DNA from: Dehalococcoidia bacterium
GTDB taxonomy: Bacteria; Chloroflexota; Dehalococcoidia; DSTF01; JACRBR01
Assembly: GCA_041494685.1 (NCBI GenBank)
Contig: JBGQBE010000002.1
Span: 1-64,000 of the forward strand
DNA: 64,000 bases
Reading direction: 5' to 3'
Shown here: positions 1-10,551 of the stretch, piece by piece
Layout: each line of letters begins with the position of its first letter
Position numbering within the stretch: position 1 is the first letter of the stretch
Translations under genes and position numbers: made by a program
The notes under the pieces: model-generated
The model's input: the letters and a program-made list of their open reading frames with translations, nothing else
Databases searched by the model: none
Told to the model about the DNA's origin: nothing

Positions 1-692
<692 letters not shown>

Positions 693-724
693 CAAAAAAC
701 TTCTCGTCCGGGGGTGGTGAGAAG
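693..724 (-). terminator. Intrinsic terminator forming the SAM riboswitch expression platform
   Basis: Minus strand AGCTTCTC-loop-GAGAAGTT running into TTTTTTGTT, between the aptamer and mtnA. Boundaries approximate. Confidence 0.65.
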
Positions 725-734
725 CTTCGCGATT

Positions 735-831
735 CTCTCATCTCTCTCGCTGCTGCGAGTCGGATTTGGCACCCGCCTGCGCGGGTTGCCGGGTTTCGTC
801 GGGCCGATCCCTCCACCACTCTTGATAAGAG
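735..831 (-). ncRNA. SAM-I (S-box) riboswitch aptamer
   Basis: Minus strand CTCTTATCAAGAGTGGTGGAGGGATCGGCCCGACGAAACCCGGCAACC...GGTGCCAAATCC...AGATGAGAG matches the S-box consensus, and it lies upstream of a methionine-salvage gene. Confidence 0.95.
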
Positions 832-854
832 CCTGTATTCAGTTGTTATGCCAA

Positions 855-883
855 ATTGTAGATTCCGGGCGATGCGCCGTCAA
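855..883 (-). promoter_or_regulatory. Sigma70-type promoter for the riboswitch-mtnA transcript
   Basis: TTGACG-17 nt-TACAAT on the minus strand just upstream of the aptamer. Confidence 0.75.
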
Positions 884-1680
884 GCGCCCGGAAGGCGGGC
901 GATCGCGGCCCGGAAGGAGCGCGGGAACTCGATCTCGCGGTCAAGGTCGCCGTACAGGCGCTCGATCTCGGGCGTGACGCGCTCGATCACCGCCGGCAGC
1001 ACGCCGTCCGGGATCTGCCACGAGCTGGAGTAGTCGCGCCGCGCCAGCCGCTCCAGCATCTTCCGGGCGGTCGAGCTGCCGGCCCACCTGGTCAGCGTCA
1101 CTTCTTCGACCGTCGCACCCGCTTCGCGGGCGACGCGCGCGAATACGGCGCTGCCGCGGTCGTCGCCCTGGCGGCCGCCCATGCGCACGCCGGAGAGATC
1201 GAAGACGGCGCGCACGATCGCGGCGTCCGCCTCTTCGCGGACGGACTGCTCGCGCGCGTCGCCCGCCTCAATCGCGACGCCGCCGGCGCGGAGCAGCGGC
1301 AGCGTGGCGCGCACCGTCGCCTCGGCGTCGGGCACGAGGTGGAGGATGTGGACGAAGAGCGCGCCGTCGAAGACGCCCGGGCGCAGCGGCGGCCGCGACG
1401 CTTCGGCCAGCATCACGTCGATGTCGCGGCGCTTCTCGCGCAGGCGCGCCAACATCTTCGGCGAGATATCGATGCCCGTCACGCGCACGCCCTCCGCCGC
1501 CAGCGGCACCGCGATGCGGCCGGTACCGACGCCCACTTCGACGAGCCGCGGCGACGGCGCGACGGACCGCAGGATGACGGCGATACCGCGCGCGACGGCG
1601 CGCTCGACTTCGGGCGGCAGCCCGCGCGTCTGGTCGTAGACGTCGGCGACGCGGTCGAAGGACTTGATGTCGGGACTCAC
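880..1680 (-). CDS. Class I SAM-dependent methyltransferase
   Basis: VEVGVGTG motif I and GIDIS motif II. GTG start at 1680 chosen (TACACT 6 nt upstream); the longer track ORF overlaps ychF. Confidence 0.85.
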   Translation of the reverse strand: MSPDIKSFDRVADVYDQTRGLPPEVERAVARGIAVILRSVAPSPRLVEVGVGTGRIAVPLAAEGVRVTGIDISPKMLARLREKRRDIDVMLAEASRPPLRPGVFDGALFVHILHLVPDAEATVRATLPLLRAGGVAIEAGDAREQSVREEADAAIVRAVFDLSGVRMGGRQGDDRGSAVFARVAREAGATVEEVTLTRWAGSSTARKMLERLARRDYSSSWQIPDGVLPAVIERVTPEIERLYGDLDREIEFPRSFRAAIARLPGA

Positions 1681-1700
1681 GGGCTGAGTGTACAGCGCGC

Positions 1701-2792
1701 CTACACGTTGAACAGGATGTTCAGGCAGTCGCCGTCCTGGACGATGTAGGTCTTGCCCTCCTGGCGGAGTTGCGCGCGCTTGCGTGCCTCGGCGATCGAG
1801 CCGGCGGCGAGCAGGTCGTCCCAGCGCACCACCTCGGCGCGGATGAAGCCGCGCTCCAGGTCCGTGTGGATCTTGCCGGCGGCGGCGGGCGCCGTCGCGC
1901 CGCGCTTGACGTTCCAGGCGCGGCACTCGTCCTCGCCGATCGTGAAGAACGAGATGAGGCCGGTCAGCTGGTAGGACATGCGGATCATGCGGTCCAGGCC
2001 CGGCTCCGTGATGCCGAGGTCCTTGCGGAACTCCTCGCCCTCGTCGTCGGACAGCTGCGCAAGCTCCTGCTCGATCTTGCCGCTGATCGCGGCGATGGCG
2101 GTGTGGGGGCCGCGCACCTTGCCGGCGTATGCCGCCTCGATCTCGGCGGCGCGGGCGGCGTCGCCCTCGTCGATGTTCAGGACGACGAGCAGCGGCTTGT
2201 CGGTGAGGAACTGGTAGTTGACCAGCAGCTTCTCCTCGTCCGGGCTCATATCCTGGTCGCGCAGGGGGGTGTCGGCTTCCAGCCCGGCCTTGAGCCGCTT
2301 CAGCAGCTCCATCTCGCGCTCGGCCGCGTCGCGTTCGCTCATCTTCACGGAGCGCATGGACGCCTCGATGCGCTCCAGCCGCCGCTCGATGAACGCGGCG
2401 TCGGCGAACGCCAGCTCCAGCTCCATCGCGGCGATGTCGCGCGCGGCGTCGACGGAGCTTTGCGGATGCGGGATCGTCTCGTCGGCGAAGACGCGGGCGA
2501 CGTGGATGAGCGCGTCGCAGCGGGCGAGTTGGGCGAGGAACTGCGCGTTCGGGCCCTGGCCGTCGCTGAACGCCTCGCCGGGGAAGTCGATGTAGCGGAT
2601 GTCGGCGAGGGTGAACTTCTTGGGCTTGAAGATCTTCGCGAGATCGTCGAGGCGCTTGTCGGGCACCTTGACGACGCCGATGTTCGGCTGCACGCCCGCG
2701 CCGTACGAGCCGGTCTGCGCGTTGCCCCGCGTGACCGCGTTGAAGATGGTCGTCTTGCCCGACCGCTGATAACCGATGATGCCAAGGTCCAC
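1701..2792 (-). CDS. ychF: Redox-regulated ATPase YchF
   Basis: P-loop GYQRSGKT, VPDKRLD, AAGKIHTDLERGFIRAEV and the C-terminal EGKTYIVQDGD of the TGS domain. Confidence 0.95.
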   Translation of the reverse strand: MDLGIIGYQRSGKTTIFNAVTRGNAQTGSYGAGVQPNIGVVKVPDKRLDDLAKIFKPKKFTLADIRYIDFPGEAFSDGQGPNAQFLAQLARCDALIHVARVFADETIPHPQSSVDAARDIAAMELELAFADAAFIERRLERIEASMRSVKMSERDAAEREMELLKRLKAGLEADTPLRDQDMSPDEEKLLVNYQFLTDKPLLVVLNIDEGDAARAAEIEAAYAGKVRGPHTAIAAISGKIEQELAQLSDDEGEEFRKDLGITEPGLDRMIRMSYQLTGLISFFTIGEDECRAWNVKRGATAPAAAGKIHTDLERGFIRAEVVRWDDLLAAGSIAEARKRAQLRQEGKTYIVQDGDCLNILFNV

Positions 2793-2810
2793 GGAGGTAA
2801 GGGTAGCGGG

Positions 2811-2843
2811 GTTAGTCGCTAGTCGTTAGTCGCTGGTCGCTGG
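2811..2843. repeat. Degenerate heptamer tandem repeat
   Basis: GTTAGTC GCTAGTC GTTAGTC GCTGGTC GCTGG in the intergenic spacer. Confidence 0.7.
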
Positions 2844-2844
2844 G

Positions 2845-3315
2845 CTACCTCATCTCGTGCATGCCGGCGCCGACTGCGGGCCACACGGCGATCGCTGCCG
2901 CGATCGTCTGGACGGCGGCGCGCTGCGACGGGAAGACGAAGCGGGCGAGCGCGTCGTCGAGCGTGCACCAGGCGAAGGCGGTGTGCTCCTCCGAGAGGAC
3001 GGCGGCGGGCTCGCTGGCGATGTAGCCGGCGAAGGCCGGCACGAGGTGCACGGCGTCGGTGTGCTCGCTGTAGAAGGTCTCGACGCCGTCCAGCCGGAAG
3101 AAGCGCTCCGGCGCCAGTCCGCACTCCTCGGCCATCTCGCGGCGGGCGGCCTCGTAGGCTCTCTCGCCGGGGTCGATCATGCCGTGCACGGCCTGCCAGT
3201 CGCCGGCGTGGAGCAGCCCCGGCGCGCGGCGCAGCAGCAAGAAGAGCGGCCGCCCGACGCGGATGCTGAACACGTATGTGGAGATGGAGCCGGTCAGTAC
3301 GTCCAATGGGCGCAT
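2845..3315 (-). CDS. NUDIX hydrolase (NudB-like)
   Basis: Nudix box GMIDPGERAYEAARREMAEECG and LSEEH; ATG at 3315 preceded by AAAGG. Confidence 0.85.
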   Translation of the reverse strand: MRPLDVLTGSISTYVFSIRVGRPLFLLLRRAPGLLHAGDWQAVHGMIDPGERAYEAARREMAEECGLAPERFFRLDGVETFYSEHTDAVHLVPAFAGYIASEPAAVLSEEHTAFAWCTLDDALARFVFPSQRAAVQTIAAAIAVWPAVGAGMHEMR

Positions 3316-3571
3316 CCTTTGAAGCCGTGGCGGCGGTCCCTGAAGGCGGCGGACTCGCCATGATACCGGCGGCGTCCGCCCCGCACGATGCACGCGCGGG
3401 CAACTGCGTACGCGACGCCGCATAACGCGCCGCCGCGCGAACCGCACGCCGTTCGCCGTCACAGGATTCTCATCCGCGCGTAACACCGCCGAAATCAACA
3501 ACACACACGCATCATGCATGATGTGAGTGTCAGGCCAACCCCTGCCGACGGAAGCGACAAGGAGGAAGCGC

Positions 3572-3679
3572 ATGAACAGCAAGAAACGGCACCCGGTGCG
3601 CATCTGCGCGGCGTTCGTACGGCTGTCGCGGCGCCGATCTCGCGCGCCATCGGAGTCCGTGCGAGCGGATCGGGGCTGA
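3572..3679 (+). CDS. Putative 35-aa basic small protein
   Basis: AAGGAGG RBS then ATG; MNSKKRHPVRICAAFVRLSRRRSRAPSESVRADRG; a hairpin follows. Confidence 0.45.
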   Translation: MNSKKRHPVRICAAFVRLSRRRSRAPSESVRADRG

Positions 3680-3720
3680 ACAGCCTGGCGCTCACAGACA
3701 CGGAATGCGTCCACCACGTG

Positions 3721-3750
3721 GAAGGCCGGCAGGGAAGCCGGCCTTCTCTT
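3721..3750 (+). terminator. Hairpin/terminator between the small ORF and convergent thrB
   Basis: Perfect 10-bp inverted repeat GAAGGCCGGC-AGGGAA-GCCGGCCTTC followed by TCTT. Confidence 0.7.
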
Positions 3751-3769
3751 CGTCTTGCGGCGGACGCGA

Positions 3770-4651
3770 TTACGCCGATGCGACGACGGTCGCGCCCGTC
3801 TCGCTGGGGACGGTGACCGCGACGCGGCCCGGGTAGCCGAGCGCCGCCGCGCGCGCCTGCATCGCCTGCGCGATGCGCTCCTCGCCGTCGAGCGCGAACG
3901 CGGCGATCGTGGAGCCGCCGCCGCTGAGGTAGGCGCAGAGCGCGCCGGCGTCCTTCGCCGCGGCGAAGATCTCCGGCATCGCGGGAAAGATCTTTGTGCG
4001 CGCGGGCTGGTGCATGCGGTCCTGCGTCGCCAGGTCCAGCGCCGACCACTCGCCCTTCGCCAGCGCCGCGACGAGCAGCGCCGCGCGGCCGATGTTGTGC
4101 ACGGCGTCTTCCTTCGACAGCTCTTTCGGCAGCAGCTTGCGGCTCTCGCCCGTCGGCATCTCGAAGCTGGGGATGAAGAGCGCGATCTTCAGGCCGGGCG
4201 CGAGCGGCGCGGCGATGTGGCGGTAGCCGTCGCCGTCGCGGACGACGACGCGCAGGCCGCCGAAGAGCGCCGGCGCCATGTTGTCGGCGTGGCCCTCCAG
4301 CCCCGCGCCCAGCACGAGCAGCTGGTCCGGCGTGAGCGCGCCGCCGAGCAGCGCGTTCGCGGCGACGATGCCGGCGGCGCGGGCGGCTGCGCTTGCGCCG
4401 AGGCCGCGGCCGATCGGGATCGCGCCGGCGCCGGGCGTGGCGCACAGCTCCGGCACCTCGATGCGCGCCAGTCGGTACGCCGAGCGCGCGGCGTCGAGGA
4501 CGAGCTTCTCGAGTCCGTCCTTCGACTCCGCCTGCGGGCCGAGGGCGACGGTGATCTCCTGCGTGATCGCCAGCGCGAGACCCAGGCTATCGAAGCCGGG
4601 GCCGAGGTTCGCGGAAGTCGCGGGCACGCGGACGGTGACGGATGTCGGCAT
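3770..4651 (-). CDS. thrB: Homoserine kinase
   Basis: VPATSANLGPGFDSLG, PIGRGLGAS GHMP motif, EGHADN, DRMHQPAR. Confidence 0.95.
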   Translation of the reverse strand: MPTSVTVRVPATSANLGPGFDSLGLALAITQEITVALGPQAESKDGLEKLVLDAARSAYRLARIEVPELCATPGAGAIPIGRGLGASAAARAAGIVAANALLGGALTPDQLLVLGAGLEGHADNMAPALFGGLRVVVRDGDGYRHIAAPLAPGLKIALFIPSFEMPTGESRKLLPKELSKEDAVHNIGRAALLVAALAKGEWSALDLATQDRMHQPARTKIFPAMPEIFAAAKDAGALCAYLSGGGSTIAAFALDGEERIAQAMQARAAALGYPGRVAVTVPSETGATVVASA

Positions 4652-4707
4652 GGCGGAAGGGTAGCGGAGCGGCGACCCACCGCGCGAGCGGAGCACCCGC
4701 GCGGACA

Positions 4708-6066
4708 TCAGTCGGCGATGCCGAGCTGCTCGCGGTAGTCCGGCTCGATCGCCAGCAGGATGCGGTGCTCCAGGTAGCGGTCGTACGGCAGCTTCAGCGC
4801 CATGGCGACGAGCTGCGGCGGCACAGGCAGGTTTGGCTTGTCGGCGATCACCGCCGCTTCCTTCAGCGCGGCGATCTCTTCGTCGGAGTAGCCGAGCTCC
4901 TGCAGCACCTCTTCGTTGTGCTGGCCGAGCAGCGGCGCCGGGCGGCGCGTCTTCGCTTCGAAGCGTGTGAACTTCGCCGCCATGTGGCGCTGCACGGGCC
5001 GCTTACCCAGCAGCGGCTGGTCGACGATGTCGAAGTGTCCGCGCGCCTTGAACTGCGGGTCGAAGAGCGCTTCCTTGCCGTCGAGTACGGCGGCGGCCTT
5101 GACGCCGGCGCGCTGCAACGTGTGCATCACGTCGTAGTGGTCGCGCTGCGACGTCCACGCCGTGATCAGCGCGTCCAGCTCGTCGTGGTGCTCGTGCCGC
5201 GCCAGCACGGTCGCGAAGCGCGGGTCCCGTACCCACTCCGGGTGCCCCGTCGCCTGCGCCAGCCGCTCGAACTCGGCGTCGTTTTCGCACGAGATGACGG
5301 CCCAACGGTCGTCGCCGGCGCAGCGATAGCAACCCTGCGGCGCGGCGTAGGCGCTGCGGTCGCCCCTGCGCGGCGTCGGACGGCCGTTCATCTGCTGGTC
5401 CAGCAGTGAGGCCGCCATGATCGGGATCGCCGCCTCCTGCTCGGAGAGGTCGATGTACTGGCCCTTGCCGGTGCGGCGGCGGTAGTGCAGCGCGGTCAGG
5501 ATCGCGCCGGCGCCGATGAAGCCGGAGTACGGGTCGGTGAACGACAGGCCGGAGCGGATCGGCGGCCCGCCCTCGTAGCCGGTGATCGACGAGAGGCCGG
5601 AGGCCGGCTCCAGCCCCATGCCGTAGCCCGCGAAGTCGCGCATTGGCCCGTCCTGGCCGTAGCCGGAGAGCGAGCACATGATGATGTCCGGCTTGATCTG
5701 CTTCAGCCGCTCGTAGTCCAGGCCGAAGTTCGCCATGACGCGCGGCGTGAAGCTCTCGACGACGACGTCCGCGCGCGCGATCAGCTTGCGGGTGATCTCG
5801 CGGCCCTCTTCTTTCGCCAGGTCGACCACGACCTCGCGCTTGCCGGTGTTGCGGATGACGAAGTACGACGCACGGTGGTAGTAGTGGTCCAGCCCGTCGT
5901 TCTCCGTGATGATCAGGCTGCGCGTGACGTCGAGGCGGTTCGGCGACTCGAATCGGATGACGTCGGCGCCGAGGTCGGCGAGGATGCGCGTGCACGCCGG
6001 GCCGGCGAACACCTGCGCCAGGTCGACGACGCGGATCCCTTCGAGCGGGAGTGCGTTCGTGCTCAT
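4708..6066 (-). CDS. Class III CoA-transferase (CaiB/BaiF family), catalytic Asp retained
   Basis: LEGIRVVDL...AGP...LADLGADVI, ADVVVESF, SGYGQDGP, SFTDPYSG. ATG overlaps the upstream stop (ATGA). Confidence 0.9.
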   Translation of the reverse strand: MSTNALPLEGIRVVDLAQVFAGPACTRILADLGADVIRFESPNRLDVTRSLIITENDGLDHYYHRASYFVIRNTGKREVVVDLAKEEGREITRKLIARADVVVESFTPRVMANFGLDYERLKQIKPDIIMCSLSGYGQDGPMRDFAGYGMGLEPASGLSSITGYEGGPPIRSGLSFTDPYSGFIGAGAILTALHYRRRTGKGQYIDLSEQEAAIPIMAASLLDQQMNGRPTPRRGDRSAYAAPQGCYRCAGDDRWAVISCENDAEFERLAQATGHPEWVRDPRFATVLARHEHHDELDALITAWTSQRDHYDVMHTLQRAGVKAAAVLDGKEALFDPQFKARGHFDIVDQPLLGKRPVQRHMAAKFTRFEAKTRRPAPLLGQHNEEVLQELGYSDEEIAALKEAAVIADKPNLPVPPQLVAMALKLPYDRYLEHRILLAIEPDYREQLGIAD

Positions 6067-7286
6067 ATCACCCCCTGGTCGCTGAGGATCGTCAGGTCGC
6101 CCTGCTCGTAGCCCAGTTCGCCCACCAGCACGTCGGCGTTGGCGCTGCCGCGCTCCGGCGCGGGCGACATCGCCAGCGGCGTCTCCGTCATCCTGAACGG
6201 CGCGCCGGGCAGCGTGATGTCGCCGGCCTTCGAGTCCTGCTGGCGGACGAAGAAGCCGCGCTCGGCCAGGTGCTCGTCGAAGAGCAGGTCGGCGGCGTTG
6301 GGCACGAAGGCGAAGGGCAGGCGCAGCGCCTGCGCCGTCATCACGATCTCCATCGCGGTGTGCGTCGAGAGGAACGGGTGGATCAGCGCCTCGAACTCGC
6401 GCCAGTTGACCATGCGCTCGCCCATCTGCTTGAAGAAGACGGTCTGGTCCAGGTCCGGATCCTCGAACAGCAACGCCATCGGCGAGATGCTGTCGCTGGC
6501 CAACGGCGACGGGAAGCCGCCCGCGCCGGGGATGACGACGACGTGACCGTCCATGCACTCCATGATGTCGTTGGGGTAGCCAAAGATGTGGCGCGAGTAG
6601 TAGCGCCGCCGGATCGCGCCCTGGAAGCCGTACATCGCGGCGTTGTACTCGTCCGCCGCCGCGACAGCCTCCGCCATCGAGACGTCGACGTGGTCGCCGC
6701 CGCCGCGCTTCGCGCGGTTCTCCAGCGCCGCCAGGATGCCGATCCAGAGCTGCACGCCGGCGATGTAGGCGCCGGGCTCGCCGCCGGTCGCCAGCGGCTC
6801 GCGATCAGGCTCGCCGGTGTTGTACATGATCGTGCTCATCGCCATGGCGGTGAGGCTGTTGCCGTCGTAGTCGGCGTACGGGCCGGTCGCGCCGAAGGGC
6901 GACACCTGCGCGACGACCAGGTCCGGGAACTGCGACCTGAGGTCGGCGCAGGTGAGCCCCCACGCCTGTAGCGTCGACGTCTTCTCGCCCGTGACGAACA
7001 CGTCGGCCTTGGCCAGCAGCTTCCTCAGCACCACCTGCCCGGACGGCACCGACACGTCGAGCGTGACGCTGCGCTTGCTGGTGTTGAGGTGCAGGTAGAG
7101 GCCGGACTGTTCCGGGTCCGGCACGTCGCCGGGGAACGGACCCAGCCTGCGCGTGTAATCTCCCGCGGGCGGCTCGACCTTGATCACGGCGGCGCCAGCG
7201 TCGGCCAGCAGCTTCGTCGCGTACGGTCCGGCGATGCCCTGCGAGATATCGACGACGCGCACGTCCGGCATCGCACGATCGGTCAT
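6063..7286 (-). CDS. Class III CoA-transferase family subunit
   Basis: VRVVDISQGIAGPYATKLLADAGAAVIKVEPP, NTSKRSVTLD, SPFGATGPY. Confidence 0.9.
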   Translation of the reverse strand: MTDRAMPDVRVVDISQGIAGPYATKLLADAGAAVIKVEPPAGDYTRRLGPFPGDVPDPEQSGLYLHLNTSKRSVTLDVSVPSGQVVLRKLLAKADVFVTGEKTSTLQAWGLTCADLRSQFPDLVVAQVSPFGATGPYADYDGNSLTAMAMSTIMYNTGEPDREPLATGGEPGAYIAGVQLWIGILAALENRAKRGGGDHVDVSMAEAVAAADEYNAAMYGFQGAIRRRYYSRHIFGYPNDIMECMDGHVVVIPGAGGFPSPLASDSISPMALLFEDPDLDQTVFFKQMGERMVNWREFEALIHPFLSTHTAMEIVMTAQALRLPFAFVPNAADLLFDEHLAERGFFVRQQDSKAGDITLPGAPFRMTETPLAMSPAPERGSANADVLVGELGYEQGDLTILSDQGVI

Positions 7287-7386
7287 GGCTCACTCCTCCG
7301 GATTTGTTGGGGCAGGATACGGCGGTGCCGCGGGGCGGGCAAACGGAGGCCGGCGGGACGGCGGAAGCGGGAGGTCGGGGGTGCTG

Positions 7387-8817
7387 TTACGCCTCGAGGA
7401 GGCGGCGGGGGGCGGCCGACGCGCCGTTCGACGACGCGCCGTTCGCGTGGGCGAGCGCGGCCTGCTCCTTCTCGGCTTCCAGCTCGTCGGCGAGCTGGGC
7501 GAAGGCCACGAGCATGTTGGTCTGCGCGCGCAGCGTCTTGCTCAGGCCGTTCAGCAGGCCGAAGACGCGGCCCACCATCAGCAGCTCGGATGGCACGGCG
7601 GTGAGCTGGTTCTTCTTCAGGATGCCGGAGACCTGCTCGTACGACTCCTCGAACATCTCGCCTTCGGCCCAGCCGGCGCCGGACTCGTGCATCTGCTTCG
7701 CTACACGGCCGACGTAGGCGTCGCCGAGTTGCTCGTAGCCCCGCGCGTCGTCCAGCTTCGTGCGGAAGCCCAGGTCCCGGAACGCCAGGCCCATCGCCGT
7801 CTGGTCGCCGCTGAGGATGGTGCGGGTAAAGCGCACCATCACGTCGCGAAACACGGCGCCGAGGTCCTTCGCCTGGCCGAAGTCGATCAGCACGAGCTTC
7901 GGGCCGGGCAGCACCATCAGGTTGCCGGGATGCGGGTCGGCGTGGAAGAAGCCATGGCGCACGATCATCTCGGCGAAGCTGTAGACCAGGATCTTCGCGA
8001 TATCGGCCGAGTCGACGCCGATGCGCCGCATACCCTCGATGTCGTTGATCTTGACGCCGTCGATGTACTCCATCGTCAGCACGCGGCGGCTGGTGTAGTC
8101 CCAGTAGATCTTCGGGACGACGACATCCTCGACGTTCGCGAACTCGGCCGCGACGCGCTCGGCGTTTTGGCCTTCGTTGATGAAGTCGAGCTCTTTCGGC
8201 ACGTTCTCGCGCATCTCCTGCGCGACGAAGCGGTAGTCCATCGTGCGGTCGAGCTTGTTCAGCACGCCGATGAAGAACGACATGTTCGACAGGTCGATGT
8301 CGACGATGTGCTCGATGCCGGGGTACTGCACCTTCACGGCGCAGACGCGGCCGTCCTTCAGCACGGCGCGGTGCACCTGCGCCAGCGACGCCGACGCGAC
8401 GGGCTCCTCGCCGAACTCGGAGAACATCTCTTCGAGCGGCCGGCCCAGTTCGCGCTCGACGTGCGCGCGCACCGCCGCGAAGGACTCCGGCGGCACCTCG
8501 TCCTGCAGGCCGGACAGCACCTCGACGTAGGCGTCAGGCAGGACGTCCGGGCGGGTGCCGAGGAACTGGCCCGTCTTGATCAACAGCCCCTGGTTCTTCA
8601 CGGCGACCTCGTAGAGGTGGCGGGCGCTCCAGTAGTGGTGGCGCTCGCGGCGGGGCTCGCCCCAGGCCTTGCCCTTCCGCTTCTCGCGGTAGCTGATCCA
8701 CTTGTAGCCGACGAAGACGCGCGCCAGCATCTGCCCGACGTTGACGAAACGCTGGACGCGGTTATGCGGGGCGCGCTCTCGGCGGCGCGTGCCGTAAGCA
8801 GGAGTTCGCTGAGCCAT
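7387..8817 (-). CDS. ABC1/AarF/UbiB atypical kinase family protein
   Basis: IKTGQFLGTRPD, VASASLAQVH, AVKVQYPG, ELDF..EG, FFHADPHPGN, IDFG. Confidence 0.92.
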   Translation of the reverse strand: MAQRTPAYGTRRRERAPHNRVQRFVNVGQMLARVFVGYKWISYREKRKGKAWGEPRRERHHYWSARHLYEVAVKNQGLLIKTGQFLGTRPDVLPDAYVEVLSGLQDEVPPESFAAVRAHVERELGRPLEEMFSEFGEEPVASASLAQVHRAVLKDGRVCAVKVQYPGIEHIVDIDLSNMSFFIGVLNKLDRTMDYRFVAQEMRENVPKELDFINEGQNAERVAAEFANVEDVVVPKIYWDYTSRRVLTMEYIDGVKINDIEGMRRIGVDSADIAKILVYSFAEMIVRHGFFHADPHPGNLMVLPGPKLVLIDFGQAKDLGAVFRDVMVRFTRTILSGDQTAMGLAFRDLGFRTKLDDARGYEQLGDAYVGRVAKQMHESGAGWAEGEMFEESYEQVSGILKKNQLTAVPSELLMVGRVFGLLNGLSKTLRAQTNMLVAFAQLADELEAEKEQAALAHANGASSNGASAAPRRLLEA

Positions 8818-8829
8818 GTTCAGTGGACA

Positions 8830-8845
8830 TGTTACAGGATTCACA
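8830..8845. promoter_or_regulatory. Possible CRP/FNR-family operator
   Basis: TGTTA-N6-TCACA (9/10 match to TGTGA-N6-TCACA) immediately upstream of the ABC1 kinase start. Confidence 0.35.
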
Positions 8846-8940
8846 AAGTGGGGTCTATGGCCGGCGTTGCGCAGTTTCCGGCCGCCTGCATCGGGACGAC
8901 TGACGGAGGTGGTCCGGCGAACGGCGAGCTGCGTTCCCCG

Positions 8941-10539
8941 CTACGCCCAGTCGTGGTCGTCGCGAAAGATGTGGACGCGGCGGTGCGGCTCGCGGCCCTG
9001 GCTGCGCGAGGTGAGGTTGTAGCGCTGCGCCATCTCGTGCTGCAGGCGGCGGATGTAGGCGTTCTGCGGCGTCAACTCCACCTCGGCCTCGGCGCCGTTG
9101 AGCACGCCCGTGATCGCGTCTTCGGTCTCCTGCATCGCGTACGACACGGGCACGTCGCCCTCGATGGCCGCGCCGTTGCCGTGCTGCTGCATCGCCAGCA
9201 GGCTCTGCTCCATCTGGACGACGGTGTTGGTCTTCAGCACGTACAGCGGGATGCCGCGCGACTCGGCGTCGCGCAGCGCCTGCGGCTTGCGCCGGAAATA
9301 CGATCGGAGCGTCATCACGGTGTCCGCGTCGTTCAGCTCTTCCGCGATCGCCACCCGCGCCCCCGTCTCGCGTACTGCTTGCTCCAGCCGCCGGCGGGAG
9401 ATACCGAACGGGTAGATGCGCCGAAAGGGGCCGTCCGGGACGGCCTGCGCTCCGATCTCAGCGCCCGGGCGCTCGCTTGGGGCCCACGGCCGCCGGTCGC
9501 GGTAGCCGCGCTCGCGGGCCGGCGCGATCACCGGCGGCGGCAGCGCGATGACGCGGATCTCGCCGTCCTCGCCCAGCTCGCGCACCTCCGCGGACATCTT
9601 GTAGCCGCGCAGCATGGCGTCCACCGTCTCCGCGACGTCGCCGTGCACGGCCACGCGGTCCCAGCTCTGGATCTCGACGACGATGTCGAAGGTCGGCGGC
9701 GCCTTGCGCTCCAGGATGGACTTCTGCGTGCCGCGGCGGCGCGCCTCTTCGTCGCCCAGCGTGACGGACTGGATGCCGCCGACCAGGTCGGACAGCGTCG
9801 GGTTCATCACCAGGTTCTCAAGCTCGTTGCCGTGCGCCGTCGCGACGAGCTGCACGCCGCGCTCGGCGATCGTGCGCGCGGCCGCCGCTTCCAGCTCGGT
9901 GCCGATCTCGTCGATGACGATGACCTCGGGCATGTGGTTCTCCACCGCCTCGATCATCACGGCGTGCTGCAACGCGGGCGTCCGCACCTGCATGCGCCGC
10001 GCCTGGCCGATCGCCGGGTGCGGGATATCGCCGTCGCCGGCGATCTCGTTCGACGTGTCGACGATGACGACGCGCTTGTTCATGTCGTCGGCGAGGACGC
10101 GCGCGACCTCGCGCAGCATCGTGGTCTTGCCGACGCCCGGGCGGCCGAGCATGAGCGTGCTCTTGCCGGTCTTGATCAGGTCTTCGATCACCTGGATGGT
10201 GCCGAAGACGGCGCGGCCGACGCGGCACGTCAGGCCGACGATGCGGCCGCGGCGGTTGCGGATGCACGAGATACGGTGCAGCGTCCGCTCGATGCCGGCG
10301 CGGTTGTCGTCGCCGAACTCCTCGATGTGCGCGACGACGTAGTCGATGTCCTCAGCGGTGATCTCGGTGTCGGAGAGCAGGATCTCGCGGCCGGGGTAGC
10401 GCGCCTCCGGGCGGCGGCCGAGATCCATCACGATCTCCAGCAGCTCGAAGTTGTCTTCGCGCTGCTTCAGCGGCTCGCAGATGCGGGGAGGCAACGCCCC
10501 CAGCAGCAGTTCCAGGTCGTCAGTGATGATGCGTTGCAA
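8941..10539 (-). CDS. Ycf45/SpoIIIAA-like AAA ATPase with C-terminal R3H domain
   Basis: [41 protein letters not shown]3H motif IRRLQHEMA. Confidence 0.9.
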   Translation of the reverse strand: MQRIITDDLELLLGALPPRICEPLKQREDNFELLEIVMDLGRRPEARYPGREILLSDTEITAEDIDYVVAHIEEFGDDNRAGIERTLHRISCIRNRRGRIVGLTCRVGRAVFGTIQVIEDLIKTGKSTLMLGRPGVGKTTMLREVARVLADDMNKRVVIVDTSNEIAGDGDIPHPAIGQARRMQVRTPALQHAVMIEAVENHMPEVIVIDEIGTELEAAAARTIAERGVQLVATAHGNELENLVMNPTLSDLVGGIQSVTLGDEEARRRGTQKSILERKAPPTFDIVVEIQSWDRVAVHGDVAETVDAMLRGYKMSAEVRELGEDGEIRVIALPPPVIAPARERGYRDRRPWAPSERPGAEIGAQAVPDGPFRRIYPFGISRRRLEQAVRETGARVAIAEELNDADTVMTLRSYFRRKPQALRDAESRGIPLYVLKTNTVVQMEQSLLAMQQHGNGAAIEGDVPVSYAMQETEDAITGVLNGAEAEVELTPQNAYIRRLQHEMAQRYNLTSRSQGREPHRRVHIFRDDHDWA

Positions 10540-10551
10540 TCGCTACCTACC

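Noticed and set aside
8829..8847. Rex operator upstream of the ABC1 kinase
   Set aside because: Only one half-site (TTGTGAA) matches well; it is kept only as a weak CRP/FNR-like site.
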